A stretch of 61,076 nt of DNA, filler included, from Basidiobolus ranarum (GCA_040143965.1; 12 parts of 12 records of this genome joined end to end with filler, not necessarily neighbours in it), one strand, 5' to 3'. Positions 38,910 to 53,559 are shown, counted from the first letter of the whole stretch. The notes: a model not told the origin generated them from the letters alone. A program made the numbers and translations.

Positions 38910-39710
38910 ATGGACTTCCACAAGATTTTAAATCCCGTCAATAGCCCTTACCCCTCTTTTGAGAACCTTTCACCATCACCTACTGATTCTTTCACTTCCT
39001 TAAGCTCTGGGGATCTCCAAGATAAAAAACTATTCGTATGTTACTTGAGAAATTGCTGCAAAACGTTTACTAGAAAATCGGATCTATCCCGGCATGAAAG
39101 GATTCACACTGGGGAGAGGCCTTTTAAATGTGACTGGAAAGGATGTGGCAAAGGATTCATTCAACGATCTGCTCTAACCGTTCACTATCGGATTCATACT
39201 GGGGAAAGACCTCATGAGTGCGATTATCATAATTGTTCACGATCTTTTAGCGACGTAAGTGCTATTTCTAACATCATTTGCAAGGGGTAAACATTTAACA
39301 TAGTGGTATATCAGTCCTCCTCTCTTGCGAGGCATAAGAGAAGCCACACTGGGAATAAACCCCATGCATGTACATACCCCGGTTGTGTGAAGCGATTCAC
39401 ACGTAAGACCACACTACGTCGCCATCAAGTCACCAACAATCATGGAAGATGTCAGTCAAGTATCAGGTAAACTAGAAATTGAAGTGTCTTATTTATCCAA
39501 CACACATTAATAGTATTTTCTAGTGATGACACCACACCATCAAGATCCTCATCTTCCTCGCGATCTCCTTCTAGCGGGGGTTCTAGTTTGTCACCGCCCA
39601 CTACTCCGCGCGACTCCCATATTCCCTTTACCTTATCATCTGAATGGGATAATATATGCCCCAGACCGCTTACATTCCCACCCGGATTCCAAATGTTTGA
39701 AACCAAATAA
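38910..39710 (+). CDS. C2H2 zinc-finger transcription factor with four fingers; introns 39255-39314 and 39467-39523
   Basis: C-x4-C...H-x3-H fingers with HTGERP linkers. Exon 2 reads [37 protein letters not shown]. The Ser/Pro-rich exon 3 ends in TAA at 39708-39710. Confidence 0.88.
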
Positions 39711-41063
39711 CTTGGGCCGGATTCGCAGGTTTTCATCACCATACAGCTTATGCTGGCATCCACTTTATGACATAGAAAACCAGACATATCTCTTTCAAGG
39801 CCATAACAGAGATATTTCGCTGCGGTCTATTAATTGATTCTAATGAGAAGGCCATGATACTTGCACATTTCAAATCCCTCGATATTCCAATTTCTCCACA
39901 GCATCGGGGCTACCACTCTACGTACTCTCATGGTAATCAATTGAGAATCCAATTCGAGAGAAAGACATGTATTGATATGAAGTAGTTATGATAGTTCCAG
40001 CTACACTCAGGTCGATACTTGCATTTTAATAATTTCCTATTTTAAGTCCATAGTATTTTCAGTTCATCTTTCATTTCATGTACATATTGATTTAAAGACT
40101 TTCACATCCACACTTTAGAATAAACACATTGACAATTAGCGCATACTTGCCTAGAATGAGATCTCCCAATAATTCATCCTCATCATGATCGATGATTGGA
40201 TTTCAAGGAGTTAAATTACCGCCCAATGGATATTAAGTAACTCCGCTTGCCGTGTCATTTGGTATCCCAACATGAATGAGGTTCGAATTCACGTGATACA
40301 GGAACAATATAGCGATTTCAAATCAACGCTTGCTTCTTTTTGGATTTCATGATTGGTTCACTCCAAATCTATCAACATAGGATAATACGTTGGATGAAAG
40401 TGAAAGCAGGCTACAACATGTGCAAGTGTAATAATATACAAGTGTGGATATTCATGATGAGTATGTAAGCGCACTTCACATCAAAAAGTTTTGATGACAC
40501 TGGCTCCACTGGAGGAAATGATCGAAGTGGATTTGAGATGTTTCCAGTTATCAGTTGATATTTTCCATTGAAATCTAGGACAATCGAGAGGTTAATGTTG
40601 ATTGGCGATAACTGCCAAATTGAGAACATGAGTATGCGGATGGTCTCCGAATTGTTGGGTCAATCTATACTAAAGAATCTCCTTTGTTGATGAATGGTCG
40701 GGGAATTACAATCTGTGTANNNNNNNNNNNNNNNNNNNNNNNNNNNNNNNNNNNNNNNNNNNNTTAATTAATTAANNNNNNNNNNNNNNNNNNNNNNNNN
40801 NNNNNNNNNNNNNNNNNNNCCCTGCTGAAATCACTCGCATACTGATTGATGATACTTTACTGAGATCAATATCAAGTAGTTGAGGAAGTTTCTTCTAAAT
40901 TGGATGGGAATCAATAGATAGAACTCTAAAGTAAGGGTTTTTTCAAAGAATGTTTTGATCAAGCATTTTCCTTGGCACATCATGGTTTTGCTCTCAGTAT
41001 GTATATAATGGGCAAGACCTGATGGCAAGTATTTCTTCTCAATTTGAATCTTCTCCCAACTAA

Positions 41064-41210
41064 GTATTAAAGTATTTGGGAGCCTGTTGGAAGTGGTTTG
41101 GAAAATTAGAGAAATTGGCGGTTTTCACTTGTTGATTTATTGAGTAGAAAGTTGACATTTATAGACTTATCAAGATTTAAACAAACTAACATGTAGAATG
41201 TGTTAAGGAA
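41064..41210 (-). mobile_element. Copia family-A LTR fragment
   Basis: aagtatttgggagcctgttggaagtgg... matches family A. Confidence 0.8.
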
Positions 41211-41528
41211 GTAGAGACCCTCCATACTCAGAATCCAAACCAGGTTCCTTGATTTGTTGCTAGTATTCAAATGGGAGTTTCTCCTTTTGAAAGGAACTAA
41301 GCTTTTGAAATAATATAAAATAGCCTTAATAGGGCTGTACTTGCAAAATATAGAGGAAGATATATTTGTGGTCTTTAAGTGCTTTCCAGCTCTATATATC
41401 TACAAATGGCAAAAGATACTATAAACAATTGAGTGAAGATTTGATACATATGTACACTTCTTGATGGTATTTCAATGCAAAAAATATTGAATACAGAAAT
41501 ACACTAAGAGTTTATTAACATATGATAC

Positions 41529-44500
41529 TTAGGGGTCAGGAGTTGGGGTAGCAAGAACATCCATAGGAGTAGGATCAGAATCAGGCTCATTATGGACTTT
41601 ATTAGATCCTGCATCAGAATCCACCTGCTCCTCAACGGTGATCTTGGAGGAATTCGAACGGGTGAAATGGGTGGCTTTTTGAAGAATATCCTTCTCTTGT
41701 ACAACCGAAATGTCTATGAGTTCGGGGGTTTCTATGGAAGTACAACTTGTGCCAAGACTAAGTTCGTAATCACTTAGTAACACATTGTACGATCGAGTGA
41801 TTAATAAACTGATATTGAACTCTTCCGGGACAGGATCGCGGCATCGCTTTAATTCACACAGAGATTGAAGAACAAGATATGCCTCTGGTTTAGATGGTCT
41901 TTCAAGGATCGCGGATTCCATAGCCTTGGTACGATCTTCGAAGTCGGTTCTTTGAATATTCTCAAGAATATATTCCCGAGTGAGTTGTACACAGCTTTGG
42001 AGCACCTGAAAGAGAGAGGATAGTTGAGTAAAAGAATAAATCTAATTATAATATCAACATCAACTGTTAACTAGCTCCAATACTGTTACTAACATTTAGA
42101 TAAGCCTGCAGCGTGTTCTTCAATACATTCTCGTGTTGCAAGACAGCATTTTCGGATTTCTTCAATTTTTGATATAATAAACGAAGATTCTCAACATCTT
42201 TGCTCTCTTCTAGGATCTTGACGAAGAACATAAGATATGATTGGATGTAGGCGAAGTGCTTTCCTGGTCTTGAATGAAGTTCGTTAGAATCAGATTTTGA
42301 TAAGCAATTCTGGTCTTGACAAACCTTTCGAATTCGGTTTTGAAAAAGTTAGCCAACGGTTTACTCGAAGACTTGATGTTGAACAGAGTGAGCATCTCGC
42401 CCTTGGCCTTGTTAAGATCATGGAAGAAGTGGTAGAAGATCCATGCTTGCTAAGATGAATCATTGGGAGTTACAATTGGCTCTTGGAATGAAACTAAACA
42501 AATCCGATCCCTTACTCTGTAGATGGGTTTGTGCTGCCATTTTCTTTTGTCCATCACTCTTATCTTTCCAAGCTCAGAGTCGAGTCTTTTGATGGCCAGT
42601 GAGACCTGGGCCTCATTCTCACCACCGCTCGTACTATTGTGATCACTCTGAGAATCATCCCCAGCTTTCTCTTTATCGCATGGCATCATCTCCAATAGAC
42701 TTTCTGTTTGAATAGGCTACATATTGAAAGAATGGCTATGGTTAATGCCCATGAACAGAAAGAGTGAGCCCGCTCAATACTTACTTCGATTCGATTTTTC
42801 TGGAAAGATTTGGCGATGTAGGCGATTGCTTTGTACCTAGGCTCGAAGATCCTCTCCTGGCCATCTTTACCAGAACGCTTGGGAAGAAGTTTCTGAGCGA
42901 TGGAATAGTATCGGACAATTTCCTTTAATATGGGATGTTAATGATGGTTGTGAAGATGAATCTCTACTCTAAACCTTACCTCTGGTTTTCGTCCGAGTTT
43001 CTCGCAGCATTTGCCAATCATGTAAGGATATCTAAGGAAATTTGGGTTACTTTGGTTATTCAGGAGGGTGAGAACACCCACGTACTGGGCAACATTACGC
43101 TACCTCCAATTTGACGAGTCAAACCGCATAGCCTGCAAGAAGCAGTAAGCAATAAATTTGAACAACTGATTGGCAGCTGGTTCGCAGGTAAAGTCCGTTG
43201 AATCTGGTTCATCTTCCACGTCAACTACGATCTGTGTTGGAACACTTTTGAATGATTCACGATTCATCGGACTCACAGTCATTGAATAGGTGTGGTATCC
43301 GAAGTCTGACCAAAGCTTGGCAATCTCCGGGAATTTGCTTGTTGTATCTCTCTTGCAGAGCTTTATGGAATTGGAGAATGATAAGAACCCTTTCTACAAT
43401 GAATAAATAAATGTCAATTGTGACGTGGTGATAGTCAACATTGAATTCGATTTTTTTTTACTTTTTGATTTTCCACGATTTGCGGTCGAAGTGCCTTGAG
43501 CTCCATTGCGTTTAACATCAATTGATCATTTGCCAACTCTGTATAGCTCTTTGCTAGCATGAACCACGTCTCAATATTGGTGGGGTTTATAGAGATGTCA
43601 CGCTACAATTCACGTGTGAGAATAGTCCTGGTTTGTGGGAAGTTGTGATCATACGATACATACCAAAAAACACTGGATTGGTATTTTCCAATCCTCTATG
43701 GGCTTGGCCTGCAACACCTTGGACCTGGATTTGACCTGTAAATACATCACTTTCCCCTGTTGGAAGAATAAGCTCGCAAGTAATCCTGGTAAATGTTAGA
43801 GCACCACACCAATGCACAGTGAAGAAGTGGGGACATGCATACCGTATTGTTCCGTGGACGTGATGGCTGGAGTAACTAGTGCTGGCATGGGGGAGAAGGG
43901 GGAGAAATCGATGGCTTGAACGAGGTTAATATTTGCAGTAAAGTGCTGGTGTATCAAATCCGAGTTGAGAGAGATATAAGCTACATGGCGACAAGGTTAG
44001 CGAGGTCTCTACATATCATCGAAGTAAATGGAGGCCCACCATCGTTATTGATTATCTCACTCTTGGAGAAAAAGTCACAAATTCGATCTAAAGTGATTTT
44101 CATGTCAGGTTTGACCTGAGTTCCCCGCTGTGTCTTGTCGGCAACATATGTGGAGATGAGTTTGAAGACCCGTGTGGCACCTTTTTGATCAAGCTCGGAG
44201 GGTTGGCAATTGTGATCATTCAATAGATACTCTGTTTCAACCTATAACTACAGAATTAATAGAATGCTAGAACAATCAATGTGGAAATGTGTACATGCCC
44301 CACTTCGGATCTTATATAAGCAATAGAAGCATTGACTCTCCTCCTCATGGTAACTAGGACTGGGCATTGAAGAGAACACTTGCAAGCACAGCTCGAGGAA
44401 TACGCCGTCTCCTTTACCACAAAGTCTGCACGCTCCTAGTTCTTCATGTACAAAGGACAGGAAGTCCGCCATATCCTCATCTTCAATTCCTTCCGAATCG

Positions 44501-45811
44501 CCTCTCTTTGACCTCCGACGTTGGGAAGCACGATTCGTTCTCTTCGTTTGCTTCTTCTCAACCGACTTCTTTTGTCGTATGCAATCAACCACATAGTAAA
44601 ACAAGACCCAAGTGTTCACTATGACCGCTTTCAAGACGTCATCGTCATCATGTTCCTCGGTTGGTTCTTCGTATCTGCCCATGATCCAGAGGGCAATTCG
44701 AATGGCAAATAAGACCATGGGAAAGAACTTGTTCAGATCAGCTGGCTTCATGTTAAGCAGACAGTCGATATACTTTTTCTGGCTAAGTAATGAATTTAAG
44801 GTTCGTATGCCTTTGGCGAACATAGCCAAAGAATCAGTATCCTGATCTTCATCGCCTTTGCAGACCAATGTGATCAATCCCTCTTGGAAAATCAAGGCTC
44901 CGCATTGCCAAGCTTTCTCGATGTTCTCAGTGGCTTCGTAAGCCTTCATCAGCATGTTCAATGATTTTAATCTGTTTTTGAGTGCATCTTTAGACTTGAA
45001 TTTTAGTTCCTTGACCGACTTCCGTCTACTAGCGCTTGCACGTGTTTTCCCGGCATTTTCTTTCTGATACTCGTCAAGGATGACCGGGCCTAAACGTTCT
45101 ATCACTCCGGGGTAGTTTTTTTCGGCGAACATTTGATCGGATTCCATTACATATTGCTGCCACTCCAGATGCTGCACTTTGGCATAGATATTTGCATAAT
45201 TTATGGAATGATTCTTGAGACTTGAAAAAGGGATTAGTAGGAAGCTATCAATAAGCAGCTGGCTAAAAGTCCACTAACCAATTAGTAAGATTCACATTTC
45301 GCGCTGACTTTGCCCAGACCAAAGATTGATGATAGAACTTGATTGCCTCCTTCACTTCATTTCGTTGGTTTGCTGCGTTACCCTTGAGCCACAAGTAGCG
45401 TAGCATGGTCCTAGAACGCCAATTGGAAAGATCCGAGGCAAGGTTATTTCTTGACAAATTCATTTGGCCCACGACCAAACTAATTTCAAACTCCAAACGA
45501 TCAATCCAGTCATTTAGAAAGGAATGAAGCTTCTCATGATCAGGACGGCTACCTGAACTTGCGGAACGCTCAATTCTATCCATAAAGAGCTCGCAAATAG
45601 TCAAGAACAGCTAGATTGCCAAGGAAGAAGGTTCAGCTTGGTATATCCAGAAAAGGCAATATTACTCAACAACGGTTATTTACCTCAATAGTTGGGCACT
45701 TTTCTCTAACATTCGAAGCGTCCATATCAAAGTAATTGAATCGACCGATCTCTCGTAAATGGGAATCAAGCTGTTGAATCATCAGAAACAGAACTTCCGA
45801 CATTCCCGAAG
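41529..45811 (-). CDS. HIR3: Histone transcription regulator 3 (HIR3/CABIN1-like), multi-exon; 5' end truncated
   Basis: LSFVHEELG...CGKGDGVFL, QCFYCLY, IETWFMLA.SY, W(R)YPYMIGKC, EPRYK and DKRKWQHKPIYR.AW, spread over consecutive minus-strand exons with GT-AG introns. Confidence 0.8.
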
Positions 45812-45911
45812 NNNNNNNNNNNNNNNNNNNNNNNNNNNNNNNNNNNNNNNNNNNNTTAATTAATTAANNNNNNNNNNNNNNNNNNNNNNNNNNNNNNNNN
45901 NNNNNNNNNNN

Positions 45912-46337
45912 AACATGGTGTCGGTCAATTTGGGCTATCCTGTTGATGAGAAGTTCTTCAGTGGTCATGTTAGTTTTCCAGTTTAAAGTGTTCCAAGTTG
46001 TGGCTTCAGTTTCAATGGGAAGCTGAAGGTTATCCAAGGGATTGTAAGAAGTTGGTGTATACTGGCGAGATATTCACACTCACTCTGCACTTACCTTGGC
46101 TCTGGTTTTTAGCTGGGTTGATGAACTGGATTTGGATAAGACAAGAGCATCTGCAAACTCTTCGGTCCACGGTGCGTTGGCCCATCCGATATCGTCTAAA
46201 CTTCCATCAATTTTGGGCGGAGTAAGGGTAGCCGGGACTGCGTAGTGTTTGATAGGTGGCAAAATACATTCACTTGATATGGGAGCAATCCAAATGAACA
46301 GCACAGCCAGTGTAGAACCTAAAATTTGTAAATTCAT
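45912..46337 (-). CDS. Secreted CBM9-like (DOMON-like sugar-binding) protein, N-terminal exon only
   Basis: Signal peptide, then PPKIDGSLDDIGWANAPWTEEF...TRAK followed by a GTAAGT donor at about 46095. No downstream exon is recognisable before the contig end. Confidence 0.55.
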
Positions 46338-49300
46338 ACTATTTTTAATCACTTTATCATATACTTCCAAGTAAGTGCTTTACAGTGGTAGAGCGGTAAT
46401 TGAACAGCGTTTTGTAAACTAAGGCTATCACTATAGGGAATATTTGGTATGGTAATCACGAAGAAGCTTTTGCGATTTGATGACTGTAAAGGGGCTCAAA
46501 ATCAAGAAACAAGGAAGAGAAGATAAGAAGTATGCGGTGGAACAGAGATAGAGGATATAAGTTGGTATCTATACTCTGTAAATGGAATACTTCCAGCAAC
46601 ATGTCTAAACATTGCATTGAGTGGCCTACCTACAGATCTTGCCACGGTGTTCCTCGCTTACTGCCACTCAAAGTGTTTTGCATCAAACTTGCATCTTATT
46701 CATTAATTTATGATGATCGATAAGAGAATCCTACTTTGCTTAATAATTAAAGAGTTGCGGGATTAAACAACTTTGGATGTGTTGTCTATTCGTTTGTTTG
46801 ATGAAAATACGATGATTACTTCGTGAGTAAGTTACTTCGTTTACATATCTTTGCGGTCGGTGTATGATCATCCAGCGAATGGTTGGCATTCATTCCGATA
46901 TCGTGCATATTTACTCAATAATCACTTTAATGCGAGGAAACCTTGCTCCCACTTTCATTTTCTGCCCATTAACTCCGAAAACTCTGCTCCTAGCAAATCT
47001 ATTAGACACAGAAGAATCGAATTTAAACTTCACCCAACTTCTAGAGTCATTCATACTGCGCTGGTGAATGTAACAGGCTCGGTGAAGATATGTTTACGCA
47101 ATGTTTCTAACAGTCAATCTACAATATCCCCGAAATGCGATATTCATGGGTTACTCAAGCCTATTCGATTGGTGGTCTATATGCAAGGAGCGGTGATATA
47201 GTTAGTGAGTGGGAATGATCATCACCGAACATTGCACGTGCATAGTGCGTGGATCCTCGATATATTGTACGCAAATGAATACGCACTATGAGGTAAAGAC
47301 CTTACCTGGTGTGAACTGTCTCACGATGAAGGTTCGTAACTGATATGGATATTTGTAGAGGAAGTGTGAGGTCTAAAATTGTGAATGGACTTGATCTTAT
47401 CTCTAACAATCAAGGGAATTATCTTTTTTACTTTCAATCATTAGCCCAAGAGCTTTCCAAAGGCATCTTTGAGGAATTTTAATATGATTCACCGCTCCTT
47501 AGTTTCAACATCACCATGACTGAGTCTCTTGGGCCTAGATCGAAGGTCTATGTTGAGTCAAAGCTCACTGGACATCACTGTCACTCCTCAACTAGATGTG
47601 CTGTTTTACAATTCAAAATGAATTCTTTTCTTACTCCATGTAGACTGTACAAACAATACTTCACACCCTCCCAGAAGGTTAAACATAGCTTATCTTCACC
47701 AGCACTCAATCCAACTCTAACTGTCAGCTCTTTTGAAGCTAGTTTGAAACGAACACAGAGATAGCTAATACCGAAACTCCCAAAACATAGAATATCATGC
47801 ACTATAACTATGTCTATGCTTAATATAAAGCATATCAGTGATCTTCATCTGTATCTATATCACTCGAACACTATGCTGTTGGAGTACGTAGAAAACGCTA
47901 TGAATCACTCTACCATCCAAGATGACTCTGCAGATGATCAAAATCCCCGCTAAATTGTTGAAGCAATCCACAACCTTACAATAAGATTAGGCAGTATGAA
48001 GACAAGTTCAATGGAGTAAAGGGTCGCCTGCTTCGCCATCTCCAAAATGGATTTTAAGGATTCGCTTAGTTCATGGTACCTGAGGCGATTTCTAGACAAC
48101 AGCACCTAATTGGCGACGGATTTCTCAAAAACTGTTGCTTCATCTTGGAAGTCACATTGTTCGGTTTACCTGAAACACCGGGATGACATCACGCAAACGG
48201 GTGCTGGTCAGCGTATAGGGAATAGGGAATAGACGTGAACATGAACCACAGGTATTGAGAAGAGAAATATGTTGGAGGCATTGCTTGGCGGTGCATTGAT
48301 GCTTTTCGCACGCCTCAATGAAACCAAAGCTAAAAGAAAGTCTACTTAATCGGATCGCAAATGAACATCGATGGGAGATCTTTGGCATCGTATTTAAGGT
48401 TGATCCTGGACTACAGGAAGCGTAAAGAATAATTTGGTGGATTTGGTTTATTTCTTTCTCACCCTGATAAGTATCGGGGATCCCAGGTACCAGCCCACAC
48501 GTGCCATTCGGCTGATTAAAAACTGAAGAGATTGTCAGTGATGCCAGTAATCCAACTGCCAGGGTTTCTTTTCGGAAATAGCACGAAGAAAAAAAAGCAT
48601 GTCTATCAGCACCGTGGTCAGATGATCTCCAAAGAGGAATGGGAGTATCATAAAGCTCTGACTAGGTACTATTGTATCATGGTAAAGTATTACAGCAGAG
48701 GTTCAGGTGTTAACTACTATTCCGTTCGTCAAACTTCTTATTTGATGGAACACAACCCTTGGACTTTATGAAATCCCTTTACTCTTTACCTCTGGATATG
48801 AATGAACACCCTCCTTGCTCTATGTATCTCTTAATTTAACCCGTAATCCAAGCATGAGAACCCCTCCTCATCCAACAGTCACTAAGCAATAAAGACACTG
48901 ATGTTATAAAACTTATTTCCATCTGCTTCTTATCACCTTCACTTATTTTGTAAGCTGGAGAAATCTCGTATCATGGCCTGAGGCTCGTTCCTTCATCGAA
49001 GCAGTTCTTTATTCACTCATAGGCTGATGCATTAGGCACCCTAATTTAACCAAATATATAGTTGTAAAGACGAAAGTGGTAGAAAGGAAGGATATAAAAT
49101 GGTTGGCCACTATGAAGGTAGTGAATTGTAATGAGGCAAATAGGGAACGTTCTCTGAACTGGTATGAGCTATGGAAGGCAGTCATGAACAAGCCATCAGA
49201 ATAATATGGTACAGGTAAATCATGTCACGGGAATTAGGGACACAGTCGTCTAATCCTTATTATCAATGACTAAGCGGATTCTCTGCATGGGCCTTCAATC

Positions 49301-51001
49301 GACCAGAACTTTTTATGGGACTCTTCGAATGAGCTTTTCCCTTGTCATCTACTACAAAATTGGTACGGGGGTTGTAGGCTAGCATGGCACGATGTTGCTG
49401 GATCACCCATTGATGATATTTGTATTCTTCCTTGGAGATGATGTTGCCCTGATGGCTGTAAAGTTGCAATTGATTAGATAAGCAGTTGATCTTTTCATCG
49501 ATTCTCTTGGGATCTTTGGAAGTATGTGTGGTGTTCTCGGAGGGGGTAAACCGCGGTAGTAGTAGAAACATGGGAAACAGTCAGATTCGTGGTCGCAAGA
49601 GGTCAGCAAGAGTACTCGATTGGATTGATGCAATTGCGGTGGTAGGATGGAGGATTGAGATGGAGCTGAGAGGCCATGAAGGATTTTTATGTGGTTACTT
49701 TCCAAGGAACCCACAGCTCTGGTGCATCAAAGTAGTTCACAGATCCTTCTTTTTCAGGATTGCATCATGAGGAAGAATAGCACTTGAAACTTCAATAATT
49801 ACATGAAAACAATGGGCTATTCAAAACTTACGTATTCATTATCTGCAAAGCTTTGAGTCTTCCTGTTTTAAAACGTGAGGGGTTCTCTTGGTAATACCCC
49901 CCTTGCGTTACGTCAAAACCCGATTGCCCATTGAACTAGATTCGGTGTTCTTCGGACCCAGCCCATTCACCTTTAGTAGGGAAGATCAAGAGATATGCAT
50001 GTCTCCGCATATATTTCGATGAATGGGCCCATTCGCTTGTCATCCGTTTCAAAATATCCTCTGGATGATCTAATAGTGTTGTCATTCTATGTATGCTCCC
50101 TCCTCTACAGAGCAAGGTCCACTCCAAGCAGCCCAATCCTTCCAACCTTGATGCTGTATTAAATAGAGCCGATGAGGTCATGTTAGCAGACATTTAGAAT
50201 TGTTTTAAGGTCAGACTGATCAAGTATTGGGTCTACCTTCGTCTGTACTCCTTAAAAAGTAACCGAAATTGAGTGGTCGATTGCTAACCCATTTGTCAAT
50301 CACATCTCTGACTATACAACTTATCTGCAGAGACTTGGGCTGCAACTAGAGCCTTGAGAGTCCCCGTTTGGCAAAGTCTCTGATATTCAAGAACCTACTA
50401 CTTTATTCATGTGTAACATGAATATCAACACACGTGCAACACGGAAAATTTAAGGATTTTTCATAGATCTGATCTGCATAGCGTATAGTATATTTCCGAG
50501 GTTTGGTGAAGCAACCTAAGAGATAGTGCTTTGATGGTTTTCTATCCTCAACAAGTGAACATAATGCCATATATTCTGAATATTCCTATTTTGATATAGT
50601 AGAAGCAATAGACGTTGACGGAATAAAATGAAACGAGAACCAGTGATTGTATATTATATACCCAAATCAATTTATTCTGGAAAAGGCGTGAAGTCAATAA
50701 AGTTTATGTTTACATGAAAAGAGAGGACTCCAAGAAATCGGGGATGTGTTGGAAAGTTTTACAGTTATTCTTCAGGAACCTCTTCTTCTTCATATGTGTA
50801 TTCTTCTTCGTATTCATCGGCAGTGGCATCTTGATACTGTTGGTATTCGGATATGAGATCGTTCATATTAGACTCAGCCTCAGTAAATTCCATCTCATCC
50901 ANNNNNNNNNNNNNNNNNNNNNNNNNNNNNNNNNNNNNNNNNNNNTTAATTAATTAANNNNNNNNNNNNNNNNNNNNNNNNNNNNNNNNNNNNNNNNNNN
51001 N

Positions 51002-51400
51002 TCCAGTATTAACGAATGCTAGAACGCCTTCACCTCTCATGTCACCACCTGTACCAAGCAATTCGAGCAGTGGAATTAGAGCGGCACAGCCAGCTGCACC
51101 AAAACAGCAAGGTATCTTTTAAAATTGATTTCATATGAATTTAATCAACAATATAGTGAACATCAGTTATTTAGTTAAGACGCAGCCCCCTACTACCGAA
51201 GGCCGCTGGACCTTCCATCCACATACTGAGTTCCCTCCGCCCAAACCTTTCAGTAGCTCGGGACGAAAGACCTATCCTAGTGGTGGCTCCGGAACAAGTA
51301 GAGTTCTTTTTTGAGGATTTGTATTGGTTTAAACATACCCTCTAACACAAATTAATTTTATGATATAGATTACCCACTTAAGTTGAATTCCCTCAGTTAA
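51002..51400 (+). CDS. VRP1: Verprolin/WIP C-terminus (WASP/Las17-binding region), last three exons
   Basis: A Pro-rich segment, then EGRWTFHPHTEFPPPKPFSSSGRKTYPSGGSGT/NYPLKLNSLS*, which matches the WIP/Vrp1 C-terminal motif. Two GT-AG introns. Confidence 0.72.
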
Positions 51401-52066
51401 CATTTATCAGTGGACTTGATTTGAACTCCGGGGTGGATGACTCTTTCTTTTCTTTTATAATGTTTGAGTGTTCTCATCCTTGACCTTTTTCTATAAATAT
51501 ATACTCTCGTCATCAGACGCATCTACAAAATATAATCATTTTCACCTCCACATGCAATTCTGTGGTCTTCATTGATATTTGATTCTATATAATATATATA
51601 GACAACCACATATGTCGAGGAGATAATACTGACCATTTATTTGGACTATCTAATTGGAACCTTAAAAAGGCTATCTAGCCAATCGTTATCAAATGGACGT
51701 GTTTAGACAAGTTTTATGTTACACGGGCACTATAAATTGATTTAAAGCCAGTTGCCTAGTAAATATAACAGGTACTATGTGTGTAAAGTAACCTCCACTT
51801 AAGCAATTTGCAATGGAACTATCATTCAGCAGTGAAATGGTAGATGAGAAGAAGTCAACTCTTCAGGGAACTTTTGAATATTCGGTTAAATTAAGCTTCA
51901 TTCTTGTTGAAATTTTCATATCCCTATATATGTATAAAGTTTATCATATTTGTCCTTTGACATGAAGATCCCAACGTACCACCTATGAATACACTAGTCA
52001 TTTAGGAATATACTAGTGATGGTTGTTTTCTTTAAATATAGACTCCCCTTTTTGCTTACTCGGTAA

Positions 52067-53559
52067 ATGAAATCCATCTTACTATTAGCAGTCTTACCAG
52101 CGGTGGTTCTTTGTGGTGTCGAGGAGTGTCTTAGGGAACTTGGTACCCCTACAGTCAATCAAGCAAGCGGTAACTACTCCAAAGTGAACTACAACTATAA
52201 CACTCGGCACAACTTCAACCCACTACTCTATGTCGTTGCTCGGGATGTTGTGGACGTACAGAATGCTGTGAAATGCGCGGTGAATCATAATATTCCCATT
52301 TCAGCCAGAAGTGGTGGTCATTCATACGAAGGATATTCCCAAGGTGGTCGAAATGGAGATGTAATTGTGGATCTATCTAACCTCAATAATATCCAAATTG
52401 ACAAATCAACCAAGACTGCTATCGTTGGAGCTGGTAGTTTACTGGGACCTACCTATTATAAGCTCTTCAAAGGAGGAGGATTTGGGATTCCTGCTGGCTC
52501 TTGTCCACAAGTGGGAATTGGTGGTCACGCACTTGGTGGTGGTTTCGGATTATTTTCTAGAAAGTATGGAATGGTTTCCGATAATGTTCTAGAGATTCAA
52601 ATTGTAAATCCAAGTGGTCAACTCCTAGTGGCAAATACTAACCAAAACTCCGATTTATTTTGGGCTTTACGTGGTGGTGGTCAAGGTTCTTTTGGGATTG
52701 TGACTTCCTTCAAGTTCAAGTTATTTACTCCTCCATCGAAGGTCACCACCTTCTCCTACTCGTGGGATTATAAACAATTTAACCTAGTTTATAAAGCGTT
52801 TCAGGATTGGGCTTTCACCAACCCAAGTGAGGATGTAGGACCCAACATGTATGTTGATCGTAATGGCATTGTGCTCCAAGGAGTATTCCAAGGACCTAAG
52901 GCAGAGCTCAGTCAACATCTTAGTGGCATACTTTCAGCTTCCCCTCAACCTTCAAACGTAGCTATCAAAGAGGGGAGCTTTTTAGATGCTGTGTCCTACT
53001 TTTCTGGCATGTCTGGTGGAGTGGAAGCCTTGGCTAACATCAAATTCGGGCAAGGTCGGCGTACCTATATGAAGGCCCACTCAGCTATTATTCAAAAACC
53101 AATTACCACACAAGGAATCCAAGTTCTTCGGGATACCTTAGCCAAGGCACCAGGATAGTAAGGATTCATTGTTTAATGTCACTTCAATAAGATTAATTGA
53201 TTAATCGATTGGTTCTTTCTAGCGGTTACTTTCTATTCGATTTGTATGGTGGTGCTATTGCCCGTGTAAATGGCAACACCACTGCTTTCCTTCATCGTGG
53301 AGGTGCGGATATCATTACTCAAATGGTAATTCAACCACCCACAGCGACTGACTTAGATAAAACCTGGTTAACTGAAGCTTATCAATCGGTGAAACCATAC
53401 TTCTCTTCTGCTGCTTATCAGAATTACATCGATCGAGATCTTCAGAATTGGCAAACTGCCTATTTTGGAGAGAACCTCAATCGCCTTGTACAGGTTAAAA
53501 AAGTTTACGATCCCACTAATGTATTTAACTTTGCTCAAAGCATTCCATTAAATGTTTAA
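52067..53559 (+). CDS. Secreted FAD-linked oxidase, berberine-bridge-enzyme-like (AA7-type); intron 53158-53222
   Basis: Signal peptide, RSGGHSYEG (His-FAD), AGSCPQVG (Cys-FAD), DLFWALRGGG.GSFGIVT, and a BBE tail with YQNY and YFGENLNRLVQVKKVYDPTNVF. Confidence 0.92.
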
